64,000 bases of DNA from Vicugna vicugna (lineage: Eukaryota): the NCBI GenBank assembly GCA_013265495.1, contig MU058423.1, positions 261,061 through 325,060 on the forward strand. Reading direction: 5' to 3'. Every line of letters begins with the position of its first letter. Position 1 is the first letter of the stretch. Positions 52,366-64,000 of this stretch are shown here, in pieces. The position numbers and the translations under genes were made by a program. The notes below the pieces were generated by a model, which was not told where the DNA came from, made no database searches, and saw only the letters and a list, made by a program, of their open reading frames with translations.

Positions 52366-54394
52366 AACACGCAAGAAACCATCTCTGATCTGTTTGTGCT
52401 AAACCAGTTAAGTAGTGGAAGATATTTGTTATGGTAAATTACAGGAATTGATTTTCAACTTGCTGCCATAAATATGTCAGACATAAGTTTCTGGTAATTT
52501 AAGATATATTTTTGTTGCTTAAAATTTAAAGAAATACAATGGTGTAATATTATAAAGTTGGTCTCTGTAGATCACTTTTAGTGGTAAACATAGAACTTGT
52601 TACTAGCTAAAGAATAATCCACTTCCTTTAAATGTATTTTCTGTGGCATTTAAAAAAAAATTCCCTATTTTGTAAACAAGCCTTTTGATTTTTCCATTTA
52701 AATGAAATCATTAATTCTAAGGATTTGCTGAAGGTTAAATTCAAGAATGCAACTAGGATGGAAAGTAAGTAGCTAAGATGGGATTTTTGGGACATTTGCC
52801 CTGGGTACAGTATGTACTGCTTTACTCACAAGTTCTCCCTGTTATTATATCTGCATGTTCGTATTGACCTTTCCAACCTTGGGTGTAGAACCATGTACAG
52901 AACTTTATTTTCATTTTTACCCTTTAGTTTTGAACTGCTTCCACATTTCCTAATGCAGGTCCAGTAAGTGCTTGAGGACTGATGTTAGAGAGAGTATCCC
53001 ATGATTATTTACTCCTCCCTACAAACCTATTAATTAACGTCACTGGCTCAAAGCAAAATTGCCAAAGATAAGTCCTTTTAAGTCTCTAAGCCTTTAAAAA
53101 GGTGTGTCTTGTACATCTTTGCATTTTTACCAAGGAATAAGTTTTCAAACCTAGAAAGAAAATGTTGATTTGTTATATTCCCAAGTAGAAAAGCTCTGAG
53201 AACCATAGAAACACTAGCCCTTACTTGGTAATGTAATTTCTATCTTTCTATGTGCCTCCATTCTAACTCCCTGTTTCCTTACACTTTCTTTTCCTGCCTT
53301 AAGAATAGTTTATTTTGTGCCTTAAAGATCAGTTGGTTTTCTTCTGGCACCAGTAGCAAGAGCACTGGTTTCTCTTTTTCCCTGAAGGTCAACTGTATAA
53401 TGTGTTAAGTTGCCACTGGCTGTAGGCCTAGGAGTCTGAGACTGCACTTGATTCTGGGTCAAGCTTCAAGAAGAATGACTTTCCACTGTTGTTCAGGAAG
53501 TATAGATGTTTGGTTTGGAGACTGACTCTTCTATTTCCTTTTAGTATAAAAAGGAAGCTTAGTGATCATACTGTAACTCTTGCTTGCAGTGGTGCTGATT
53601 GGGGAGTAAGTGTGTCTCAAACTGAAATGAATTTACTGTGTAATCTGGCATGGAAAAAATGGACTAGAAGGGAAATCCCGTCCACTCAACAGCTGGGAAA
53701 AAATATGCAGCTGTGTATTTGAGATCACAGGCAAGCAGTGGGAGAGATGGTTTTTAGGTTTCTCTCAGAGCAGTGGGAAGGAGGTGAAATAAAGGAGGGA
53801 GATGGAGAATTGGGAATGGAGGTGTAACAGGTGTTAGTAGTGTAATTTCGTGAGGTACTGGCTAATGTTAATGTGGAGGATACTCCTGTATTGACTGATG
53901 TCAGTATGTAGTGTCTCCATTGACCTAAGAGATCTCTGATACAGAGCCTTAAAGATGTTGGCACAAGCTCCTTAGCACTCCTCCAACCGAGTCCAAGAAT
54001 GAATAATTACATGTTTTAAAGTGGAAGCTTCTTTTTAAGACCAAAAGTTATTAGTTTATTGTGGTTCTACTTGATAAACAGTAAGCAGGCATTTGTTCAC
54101 TGTCTTTTGGTGTTTTTATAGTTGGTGATACATAGTGTTAAAAATGTGGCTGACAGCAAACCTGTATTTACAGCCGCATTTTACCCCTGTGACCTTTACA
54201 TGTATATTTTAAGTTCCTAAAAGCTAGATATTTACTGAAAGTACCTGCAAAGCAGTTCCAAGGGCAGTTTCCATTTAAGAATTAATGGGAAATGATTATA
54301 GTATGGGCAGGCTCTGGCTTCTAAACTCAACATAGAAATACCTCAACAGACAACAAGGGAACTAGAGGCTCAAATTCTGCTTCTACACCACTTA

Positions 54395-54545
54395 ATGTAG
54401 TGTGGTCTCTGCCCCAGGAGCGTTACCATCACCCAGGAACTTGTTAGAAATGCAGAACCTCAGGCACCACTCCAGCACTCCTGAATCTGCATATTAACAA
54501 GATCCTCAGGTGATCCTATATACACAGTGAAAACTGGAGAAGCCC
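54395..54545. mobile_element. MER5-like DNA transposon remnant
   Basis: catcacccaggaacttgttagaaatgcagaacctcagg...tctgcatattaacaagatcctcaggtgat. Confidence 0.75.
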
Positions 54546-54617
54546 TTCTCTACTCTACCCCCAACAAGAGGAATTTAGAATGCATGGAGAGTGCCACCTT
54601 ATCAAGGTGGAGAGGGG

Positions 54618-54880
54618 GCAGCATTGTAGAGTGGTTATGAGCATCAGCTCTGGAGCCAGACTGCTTTGCTTTGAATTCCAGCCCTGACACTTATTGGCTG
54701 TGCAACCTGGGGTAAGTTACTTAACCTTTTCTCTCCCTCATTGTAAAATGAGAATAGTACTACCTACTAGGTTTTTGTGAGCATTAAGTGAGTTTAAAAT
54801 ATATCAAGTGTTTAGAACTGTGTCTGCCAGTAGTAAAAACTAGGTGTTAGCTGTTGTCACCATCATCATTGTCAACATCA
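54618..54880 (+). mobile_element. MIR SINE
   Basis: gtagagtggttatgagcatcagctctggagccagactg...ggtaagttacttaacct. Confidence 0.8.
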
Positions 54881-57800
54881 CCCAAGTGCAGCTATAGTGG
54901 GAAACCCTATCCCCTTCATGTTTGGAGGCACTGTGTTCTACTAGTAAACTCAAAAAACATTTTTTCATGGAAATTGTAGTAGAAGTAGTGGCCAGGCATC
55001 ATTTAAACAATACTACGAGTAGTATACTTCTGGTACATTATGTGTATGTGAACCACAGAAAGTGGAGAAATGTTTCAAATTCTAGGCCCTGGCAAATTGC
55101 CTTGTAGAGCAGAACCTATTGGTAAGTTGCCTGCCTATGTTAAATTTTTCAATTAAGTCAGATACTTGATAGCCAAGTACAGTAGAAGTCAGTGAAGAAT
55201 CTTTGAAACATACTTTTTCTTCTATTTAGTAAGGTGAAGCAGTTTAAGAAAATTTCCTAAATTTCTTCCTTTACCATTGTCTGTTCCTCATCTGATGTAT
55301 TTTTGTATTAGCTCACACGCTAGAGTAAATTCAATTTGAATTTGTTAAAACACATTTCTTACAAAAATTGCTTTTTTGTGAAGCAAGGCACTAGGGATTA
55401 TGGTTTTTAATATTCCTCACTGAACATCAGATTTAGATAAATGGAAGGGAACAAACTAGAATGTTCAGTGGTTTTACTGCCCCTTCTCCTTTTGCATAAT
55501 GTAAAGCTATGTGGAATAAGCCTTCATTTGCAGCAAGTTAGGACTTTTTTTCCCTCTGATTTTTCTCCTGGCTGAGATGAAAACCTAGTCTGACATTAGA
55601 CATAGAGCAATGAAAAAAAATCGCATAAATCCCTGGAGATGTGGAATGTGCTGATATCAGAGCTGATATTCTCTAAGGCCAGAATTCCTGAAAAAGGAAA
55701 AATTGCTTTTAAGTGGTAGGTCATTTTCTCACCTGCTTTGAAGCCTGCTGGGTTAAATATGAGAGTTCAAAGTAAGGGTAGCCAGCAAACCAAATGAACT
55801 GGAATCTGATTCTGCTTATCTGAAAGGAGCTTCTTTATTTAAGAGCAGCAATGCCCTCTCCTTAGAGAACCAGTCTTCATCTACTCTGGCCCCTTTCATT
55901 TCTCTTTGCAAGAAAAGCTTTCTTCTTAGTAAGCCTTGGGAGGGCGTTATTATAACAGTGAAAAGACTGAAGATGGTCTTTGGGGATTTCATTAACTTAC
56001 TCATAAATTCAGGCTTGTGGCATGTGACTTTAGTGCTTTAAATTCACAAGTGTGTTTGAATATAAAAATCCCTAGTTGGGTTTTAACTAAATAGGGAAGC
56101 CTTTGCAATGTTGGCAGAAAAAGTGTTACAGGTAAAGACAGAAATCAAAAAGATTCCCAAATAGATTGTTTGTTTCACTAAGGCAAAACTTGGTTAAAAT
56201 TTGTTTCACTGAACACATATTATAGCTGGGGTGGGGTGGGAATGGGCCCTGTTTCCACATATTTCTACTAATCTTTATGTGGGAAAATGTGGTTGGACAT
56301 GCCAGTGATGAATTTCTGAGCAACTCATAATTGGCTGGCTCCACTGTAACTAGGGCCTAACAATCTGCTTGATTAATTCTTTAAGGACTACATTAGCCAA
56401 GTTGCATGATTTCCAAAGATATAGAAGGTCAGATGTTACACTAACAAAAGACCTCTCTACAGAACGTCTCACTGGGATTTCTTCAGCCCCTTCCCAAAAA
56501 TAATGAACATTTTTCTTCCTAAATTACATTTAAAAAAATAATAAGCAGATATAAATGCCAAGTGTCTTTTACTGAATAGTGACTAGATCTTTTAAGGTTT
56601 GTCCACTATTACCATTTTTTTCTGGGGCAAGATTGTCTTCATAACTAGGGGAGTTGATAAACAATTATAACCATATACTGATATATACCAGTAGAAAAAA
56701 TATTTTTAAAGGTTCTTAATTTTCCATTATCATAGCTAGTGATGTGAAATCTGCTCAAAAGTGAAAGATTTTTTTGGTATATTCTTCATCTAACTTTATT
56801 AATACTAAAAACCTGTAAGAGTTGCATTCTTTTTTATTAAAATACATAGGGCTCCATTCAGAAATTAAACTGTCAACTAAAATGTTTCTTCATTTTGTTT
56901 GAAAATGGATTATTTTTCAAAGCTGTGAGACTTCTTTAGTTCCTAAGAACTGATATAGTTTTAAAAACATTTTGAATTATAACTAAGCTTATATTCCTGT
57001 GAAATATTATTCTGTAACCATGCTATTTCCACAGTAATATATCTGAGATCTATCCCAGAGACTATCCTGATAATAAAATGAGCCTGTTGTGTGACTGGTC
57101 AAAAACTTTAAATGCTTACACTTTTGTTCCACTGTTAGTGCTGCTGAAGTCTTTTGGGCAGTCTGGCATATTCCATTTTTTATTTTCTTAATTAACCGGG
57201 ATATTTGTAGCAAGAGAAAAGTTGTTCTGTACTTTTTAAAGGGTAATTTCTCCTGCTTTATCCTCATTGTTCTCCTTCCAAAAGAACCAGAGTGAGAAAT
57301 TTATGAAATTACTAATATTCTTCTTTATCCAAATTTTCTAAGTATTGAATTCTTCTTTTCAAAGGCAAAAAAAAAAAAGAATAAAAGTTAGGAAAATGTA
57401 CTTTTTAATCCATGTCTGTACCCCTTCTGCAGTATTTAATTCAGTTTTGAAGTTTGTGGAAAGCGTTCTCTTTCCCTATTAACATCTGCCTGATAATATG
57501 AAGTTCACAAAAGCTCTCCCTGAATTTCTTTAACGGTGTATTTAATCATCTTTTTCCCCTCAAAGTGAAAGTCTCAGTGCCAAAGTCTAGGATACCCTGT
57601 CACTAACTGCTACTAATATATTTATTATTAATCGTCAGTACTTGGGGCAGATGGACTGCATAGCAGTTTTTAGAGAGCTGTGCCTAGATATTGATGTCAA
57701 TCACTCATTCCAGACTCATTACACCAGTGATATAAGAGTTCACTTTAGGAAACTTACTGATTTTTGTTCTAGAGAACTTCTTTGTGTTTTGCAGACCCAG

Positions 57801-60800
57801 AATAGTCCTCTAAATGGGGAGAATAATGGGATACAGAGGGAGATTAAAATCTTGAATAGTTTTTAGCTTTTTTCTTGAGTGGAATTTTTCTCCTTCCCCT
57901 ACCAATCAAATTTCTAATGCTCAAAAGAACTAAATTAGTGTGACTACTTAATATATTATAATTCTAAACCAAGAGTAACATGGACTTTATTAGTTATTTT
58001 CTTTTTTTAAGAGTTTATGCTTATATTCTCATTTATTCTTACCAGAGGCATTGGTGGACAGATTGTGATCTTCCAATATTACAGATGAGGAAGTTTGAGC
58101 CATTAAAAGTTAAAAGAGTTCTTTGAAATCAAACAATAGATAGTCCTTTAGTCATGTTATATATGTTTAGTTTCAAAAATATGTCACTTTACAACCTACT
58201 TCAAAACAAGTACAAAAGAATAAACTTCAAACCAAATATAGTAATGCTGAGTGAGTATAGAACGATGGCTTGGTTGATAATAAAGTGGTTTTGCTAATGT
58301 CTTCTTATAGGAGATGAATCTGGAGAAGAGTTTTAAATTAAAAGGCTAGTGTGGATTGTCAGAAAATAGAAAGGGCATTTAGATTGCAGAAATGCTTATT
58401 GCAAAGACATAAGTAGACAAACAAGCTACCTGGAAAATCCTTCATAGTATAAGCCTATTTGATGAACTCTGATGTTTTAAAATAAAAAATGCTTTTCTGT
58501 CTTCAAACTGATTCACTCTGATTTCATTCCTGTTCTTACTAGTAGGCCACTTAAGAAGGAACGCTGTTTGGTCGTTTACATCACATACTCACACGACTGT
58601 ATAAAAAAACTGCAGCCTTTCTCACTGCCTGAAACGTACAGTAATACTGAAGAAGGAGTAGCACTCATTTGTAATGATTTAGAGGGGATTTAACTCTCTG
58701 AAAAGGTAAAAAAAAATTTAATATAAAGTACAAATGTGTATCTTACGTTTCAACATCATTCTTCTTTCAAAGTCAAAGGGTAAGTTTGTGAAGGATTGTG
58801 AGGGCAAGTTTAACTGAACAGAATAAACTTTTGGTCTAAAATAACATAGCTTGTTGGCAGAGGTTGTGGGTTTTTTTTTGTTTGTTTGTTTTGCTAAAGT
58901 GGGAATTTTAGATAACAGATGTACTTATAGTAGTTGTAATAATACATAGGAAACTTGAGTGTGTTCCTTAATGCTGATGAGGTCTCAATAAAGATTGAAT
59001 GTTAATGGTATTCTATCTGAATTTGAGGAAAAAATAAATTTCTCTCTTTTAGTTCTGTAATAATATTAATTATTACTGCCTTAGGTCAATTTTGACAGCC
59101 AGCTTCAAGAAAAGAAATTATTTGGGCTTCAAGTAATGCTCAGCAAAATTAAGAGTACTGATATTCAGAGAATTGAGACCACATAATCGCCCTTTACCCT
59201 CATCCTGTAATTTCAGGCATTCTGGAAATGAAATGTGTATATCTGTACTATTCAAAAGTGCAGAAAAGGGCTATAGTCCCACTGAGCACTCTTGCATGTT
59301 ACCAATAGGATATACAGAGAAAGAAGCAGTTTGGGAAGAATTCAAGAAGGGAACGTATTCTCATACTCTTTGTTAGGAACACGCCAGCTCTTGTTTTCAT
59401 CTATTCAATCTGCTGGAGTCCCAATTTCTTTCTGAAGCCAGAGATCAAGCCTTTACTCCCAGGTAGCAGCAGCTTTACAATTAAATTTTAATCCCTCAGT
59501 GTTGTTAACTCCTATCTAGAGTATAGCCACAACTATTCTTGGCAGGCAAACACATTGCTGTTTTTCCTTCAGTCACAGTGAGATAGAAGAATGTTCTCTG
59601 ACTGGGGTGTGGATGAAGGCACTTTACTAATCTTATACATAATTCATCCTTGGTTGCTGGGGTATTCAGAGTTGAAACTTTGCCCTCTGATAAAATTCAG
59701 ATGGATTTTTTATTTACTTGACTCTGATCCCTTTGGGATTTAGCCCTTATTGGGAACCCAGGGATTCTAACTCAACAAAGCCCTAGCTGGGTAGACTTTT
59801 CTTATTAATTTGCTTCTGGTGTATTTTAGCTGTTGTAATACTGCCTTTAGAAAAACAAAAACAAAAACAAAAAAAAAAACTGCGCTGGAACATGTAGTTC
59901 AGAGTCCTGGATACCCCGAAAAGATTTTTTTTTTAGTATTGGCTTACTGAATGAAAAGACTCCAACAGGGCTTATCTTAATTTGTTTTCAAAGTTTAGTT
60001 TTTAAAGAGCCTCAGCATTTAAAAATATGTTAACTATTGTTCTATAACATGCTATAGTATGGTAATGATTGTCCTGTAACGTACTGTAAGTTTTTGATGT
60101 TTGAATTCATTGTATTAAGATGCTACTGCTAATGAATTGGTTCATTCATTCACTCAGTGAACAGATATTTATTTGGCACCTTGGTGAAGTATTTTATACT
60201 TAATGCCTATTCACAAGTTTATAGTCTAATGGTAGAGGGTTTAAGGTGGGCAAGGGATGTATTCGTGTAAGACAGAGGCTACTGCTGCAACAGTAGATTA
60301 GTTCGTCCTTGCATATTTATTTGTTTAAGTAGAAGTGACTGATGAGTTATTTTCACATGCCTCACATAAGATGTAGTGACCCAAAAAGTCAATCTAGACT
60401 CATGGAGTCTTTTTCCTTTTTGAAGAATTTATTTGGTCAGGATTCCTTTCCTTCAAACAAGAGGAAATAGAAGGAGGTCTCTTTATTTTATTCTTCTCCA
60501 AATATGAGACATGGAAAACTTTCATCTTTATATCTAACTGATAAAGTTCATGTTTTTGTTAAACAGTGATATTCATTATATTCATCTGAATAGTTTAGAA
60601 TTTATCAAAAACTGAAGTGGTCCACAATTCAAGATTGAAATAAGAAATGTCACCCCTCAGATTCACATAGTAGTTGCCATAAAACTAAAGCCTACTGCAC
60701 TCATTGATTTTTATCTTTCTCTTTTTATATCCTCTCATTCCTAATAACACCAGATTAATAAGGGCTAAGGATCACCCTAAAATTTAGAAAATGAAACAGT

Positions 60801-62427
60801 ATGATGTCATTGTGAAGCAGAATGGGATAGCTAAGAATTTGGACTAAAATTACTTGGCTTTGTGGACATGTGAGAAAGAAAGGGAAAGAACCACTCAGAA
60901 TTTCCCAGAGCCTACTGTTAATTCAAAGGTGCATCCTCCAGTTACTGATTCTGAAGATATATCATGTTAATTAAGAAAAATAATAAAAGGAAATTGGATT
61001 AGGTACTAAGGTTCTAAAGTAAGTTGCTTTTTCCCTCTCTTCCAAGCTGAACTTTGCTGATCAATTCTTAATTCTAGACAGTTCTACCTTTTTACAGGGT
61101 GAATTACCAAGATTTTCTCTCTAAGCAACTGAAAATATTTCCTATCTTTACTGGGCTCAGTCAAGTGTATGCACTAACTGGATCATTGGGAATATGATCT
61201 TGGAATACATATTTCAAAATAGGCACAGAACCTGTCCTTGGGGAATTTATACTGTTAGGCATGTAATCCATAAAATGGTAAAATGATGAAAGTATATTGA
61301 GTAGAAAAGAGGCCCAAATTGTACTAGAGGGTCACAGGGTGTACTGATTTAACTCAGTGTGGCATCAAAAGAGAAGTGGGATGATTTGAACAAAGACTTA
61401 GAGGCAGAAGACCACAGGTCAGACTTTGGCATTTACTGGTGACTATTACTTCTCTTGCAATTTATCTGAGCTTGCTATATCTGCTGGAATAAGCAGGAAT
61501 TATTATTCTTTGGGTAGATGGACAGAATATACATCTCCAAATAGTGAGTTAGATGCATGATGGCATCTTCCAATTCAGAAGTCTGATTGTAACATGCTGG
61601 CAAGGAGGCACATTGATATTCTGGCTTGTAAGGAGCCCACTCATCCATTCACCTGGGTTCCCATTTGTGCTAGACTGTGTCTGCTAACATTAAGTCTCTA
61701 GAGGAAGACTTAAGTATAAACTCCAGGCTCCCTCAGTTTCTGTGAACTCCCTTTTTCTCCCATAGGACTTTAATGAAGATAATGAATAAAGTTACTTTTT
61801 TTTTAACTTTCATCTTTCAGATGGCATTGAGACTAATGATATCTCTTGTTTGGCCTCAAGCCCCATGTTGAGTTATTTTTTTAAAAATTGCTTTTGAGCA
61901 ATAACTTTTCCCTTGTTGCTTAACCAGTCATACAAGTTGAGACTTCTGTCTCTGTGCCTGTTTTATAATAGATCCTCTGGGAGAACAGATGAAAAATAAT
62001 AAGTCAGTTAGTTATTTTATGAGTATTGAAATCCCTTCCATTCAGAAATGTAAATAAAATAACCAGCATGAGCAATCAGCTTATGTCAGATTCCATGGGT
62101 TTATGTTACATAGGGAAATTATAGTGCAACCTGAAACATGCTTCTTAATGAATTCATAGTGGTGTCACAGTTGAATGTAAAACCCTTGAGCTTTTCTATT
62201 GTGAAGGGTTTCAGAAATCACCTTTTATAAACTGCCCTAGGGGAGGAGGAAAAAACTAAGATGATACCAATAAATGCTATCACTGTTAAGTGGCTGCCTC
62301 CCTTCCAGCACCAAACTGTGCCAGTTAAGTAAAGCAGAAACTTAGGATACTGCTCACCTTTTGACTTATTCAGTGTTCATAAATATAATTTATACATATA
62401 CATGTATGTATATAAATATATATATAA

Positions 62428-62449
62428 ACACACACACACACACACACAC
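62428..62449. repeat. (CA)n microsatellite
   Basis: Direct reading. Confidence 0.95.
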
Positions 62450-64000
62450 TTCAATGTTCTGTTTTTGAAAGCAGGACCAGGGAACTGTCGTAGAAGAACA
62501 GGGTTGCCTTTGTGGTTTTTGTCCTCAGAGGTTAGGGAAGTTCAGTTAGGAAGCATGACAGAAGCTCGATAAATAGCTCTGTTTTTACCTTCAACAAATG
62601 CAAGAAGCCAGAGACCTAATTCAAAGTTACGAAATCAGAATTTGTATCTTGTCTTTGGCTGTTCCTCTAGCAGCCTGTAGTACACAAGAACTGTCCTCTT
62701 GCTTATCAGTGAACTGATTTCCCAGTCCCCAAAGCTATTTTGTAGTTCTCTTCCCATTCACTGTGGCCTCAGCTATAATGAATGTGCTAGCCTTGAAAGT
62801 CCAATGTGCCAGATGGTATATAGGAGACCAGTCAAGTTGTAAGCTTGCAAGTCAGGGAAAGAAACATGTATTTCCTATTTTAAAGAATTACTCGTTTACA
62901 TTCTAATTTCTTAAGAGTTGGCTTGATTTATGCCAGGTTCTGGGCCAATAGGCCTACATTAATGTATCACAGTTCTGGATGGGATATTTGATGTCTCTTA
63001 TTTAGCCCAGAATCTCAAGTGATAGGGACCTATAGTTGATACTTAGCACTCTGTGAGCTTTACATGTAGCTCTCTTCCGATTCCTGTATCTGTAACAAAT
63101 GGAATCATCCTTGTGTTTTCCCATAGGTGCCCTGGTGTTTACTGACATAGATCAAGATGCTGTGTGGCTCTGTAGGGGACTCTGAGCCATCTGACAGTCT
63201 GGGCACATGCAGTCACCTCACATTATTTAAGCCCTGATCTCAGCATTCTAATTTCTCTGTATTCCCCAGTGTATATAATATGTACTTGCTTGAAATTCCT
63301 AATATATTGCTTGCACGTTCTTGCTTTTAAGTTTCAGCATAAACCAGTCCCTTCTATTTAGAATGCCTTCTTCTGATTGCCCTCAACCAGGACATACCTT
63401 ATCTTTTCAAAATCCAGCTCAAAAGCCACCTCCTATAGAAAGCCTAATTAATCTCATTCACCAGATTCCTTTTATTCTGAGACGTCTGTTTGTCAGTCTG
63501 TTACCTAGACTGTTTTGTTTCTTTGTAACTGTTGCTTCTCTACAGTCACCCAACAAGCATAATGATTCAAGGAAGGATGATCCTCCTCCATCCCCCATCT
63601 TTGTGTATTATACACAAACATTTTGAAGGCTATTGACAACCTTTTCAATTTCCCCTGAGCTCTAGTCCACCTTCCATACTCTCCCTGTATTCACAGTTAC
63701 ATTCCTGGAGAAACAGGGCATGTGTTCAGGGTTTGGCCTCCAGCTCAGCATGTGCATGGCAGCCTGCTGAGTAGGTCCCTACAATTGGGAAGGATTTAAC
63801 CCTTTGGTTTGACAATCTGCATTCTACTTAGACACCTTCCAGAAGTAGATGTGAGACCAGAAGTAGGGAAATTTCCCCTGAAAGCCAAGTTAGCGTTTTC
63901 CTTCCTTTTTATACAAGACCTCTGAAGCTGCTGTCGTCAGCAGCTCATTCGACACTCTCCTGCTCTGCCTCTTTTCCAGGAGTCAGGGTTAGTTTAAGAA

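Noticed and set aside
63321..63626. 101-aa ORF near the window end
   Set aside because: It starts at TTG rather than ATG, overlaps degenerate L2-like sequence, and has no recognisable domain.

Overview
Mammalian genomic DNA, very likely a camelid: five copies of a tRNA-derived SINE match the camelid Vic-1 type as I recall it. The window covers most of the ST7L gene (suppression of tumorigenicity 7-like) on the + strand. I located 12 consecutive GT-AG coding exons between 2124 and 52326, totalling 1341 nt (447 codons) with consistent splice phases. They probably correspond to exons 3-14; the start and the canonical last exon were not found in the window. Introns are filled with old L1, L2, MIR, MLT1 and hAT-Charlie/MER repeats plus younger lineage-specific SINEs and L1s. 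Most ORF-track entries are L1 remnants or noise. The most striking unexplained structure is a 528-bp inverted duplication (4017-4544 / 5761-6288) with only 3 mismatches. It is built from ancient repeat DNA and brackets the 55-nt frameshifting coding exon at 4994-5048. Also notable: a tailless 5'-half tRNA-Lys(CTT) retrocopy with a target-site duplication (TSD), a TSD-bounded L1 chimera carrying an unidentified 3' segment, and a local templated duplication. Repeat family names come from recalled consensus sequences, and repeat boundaries are approximate.
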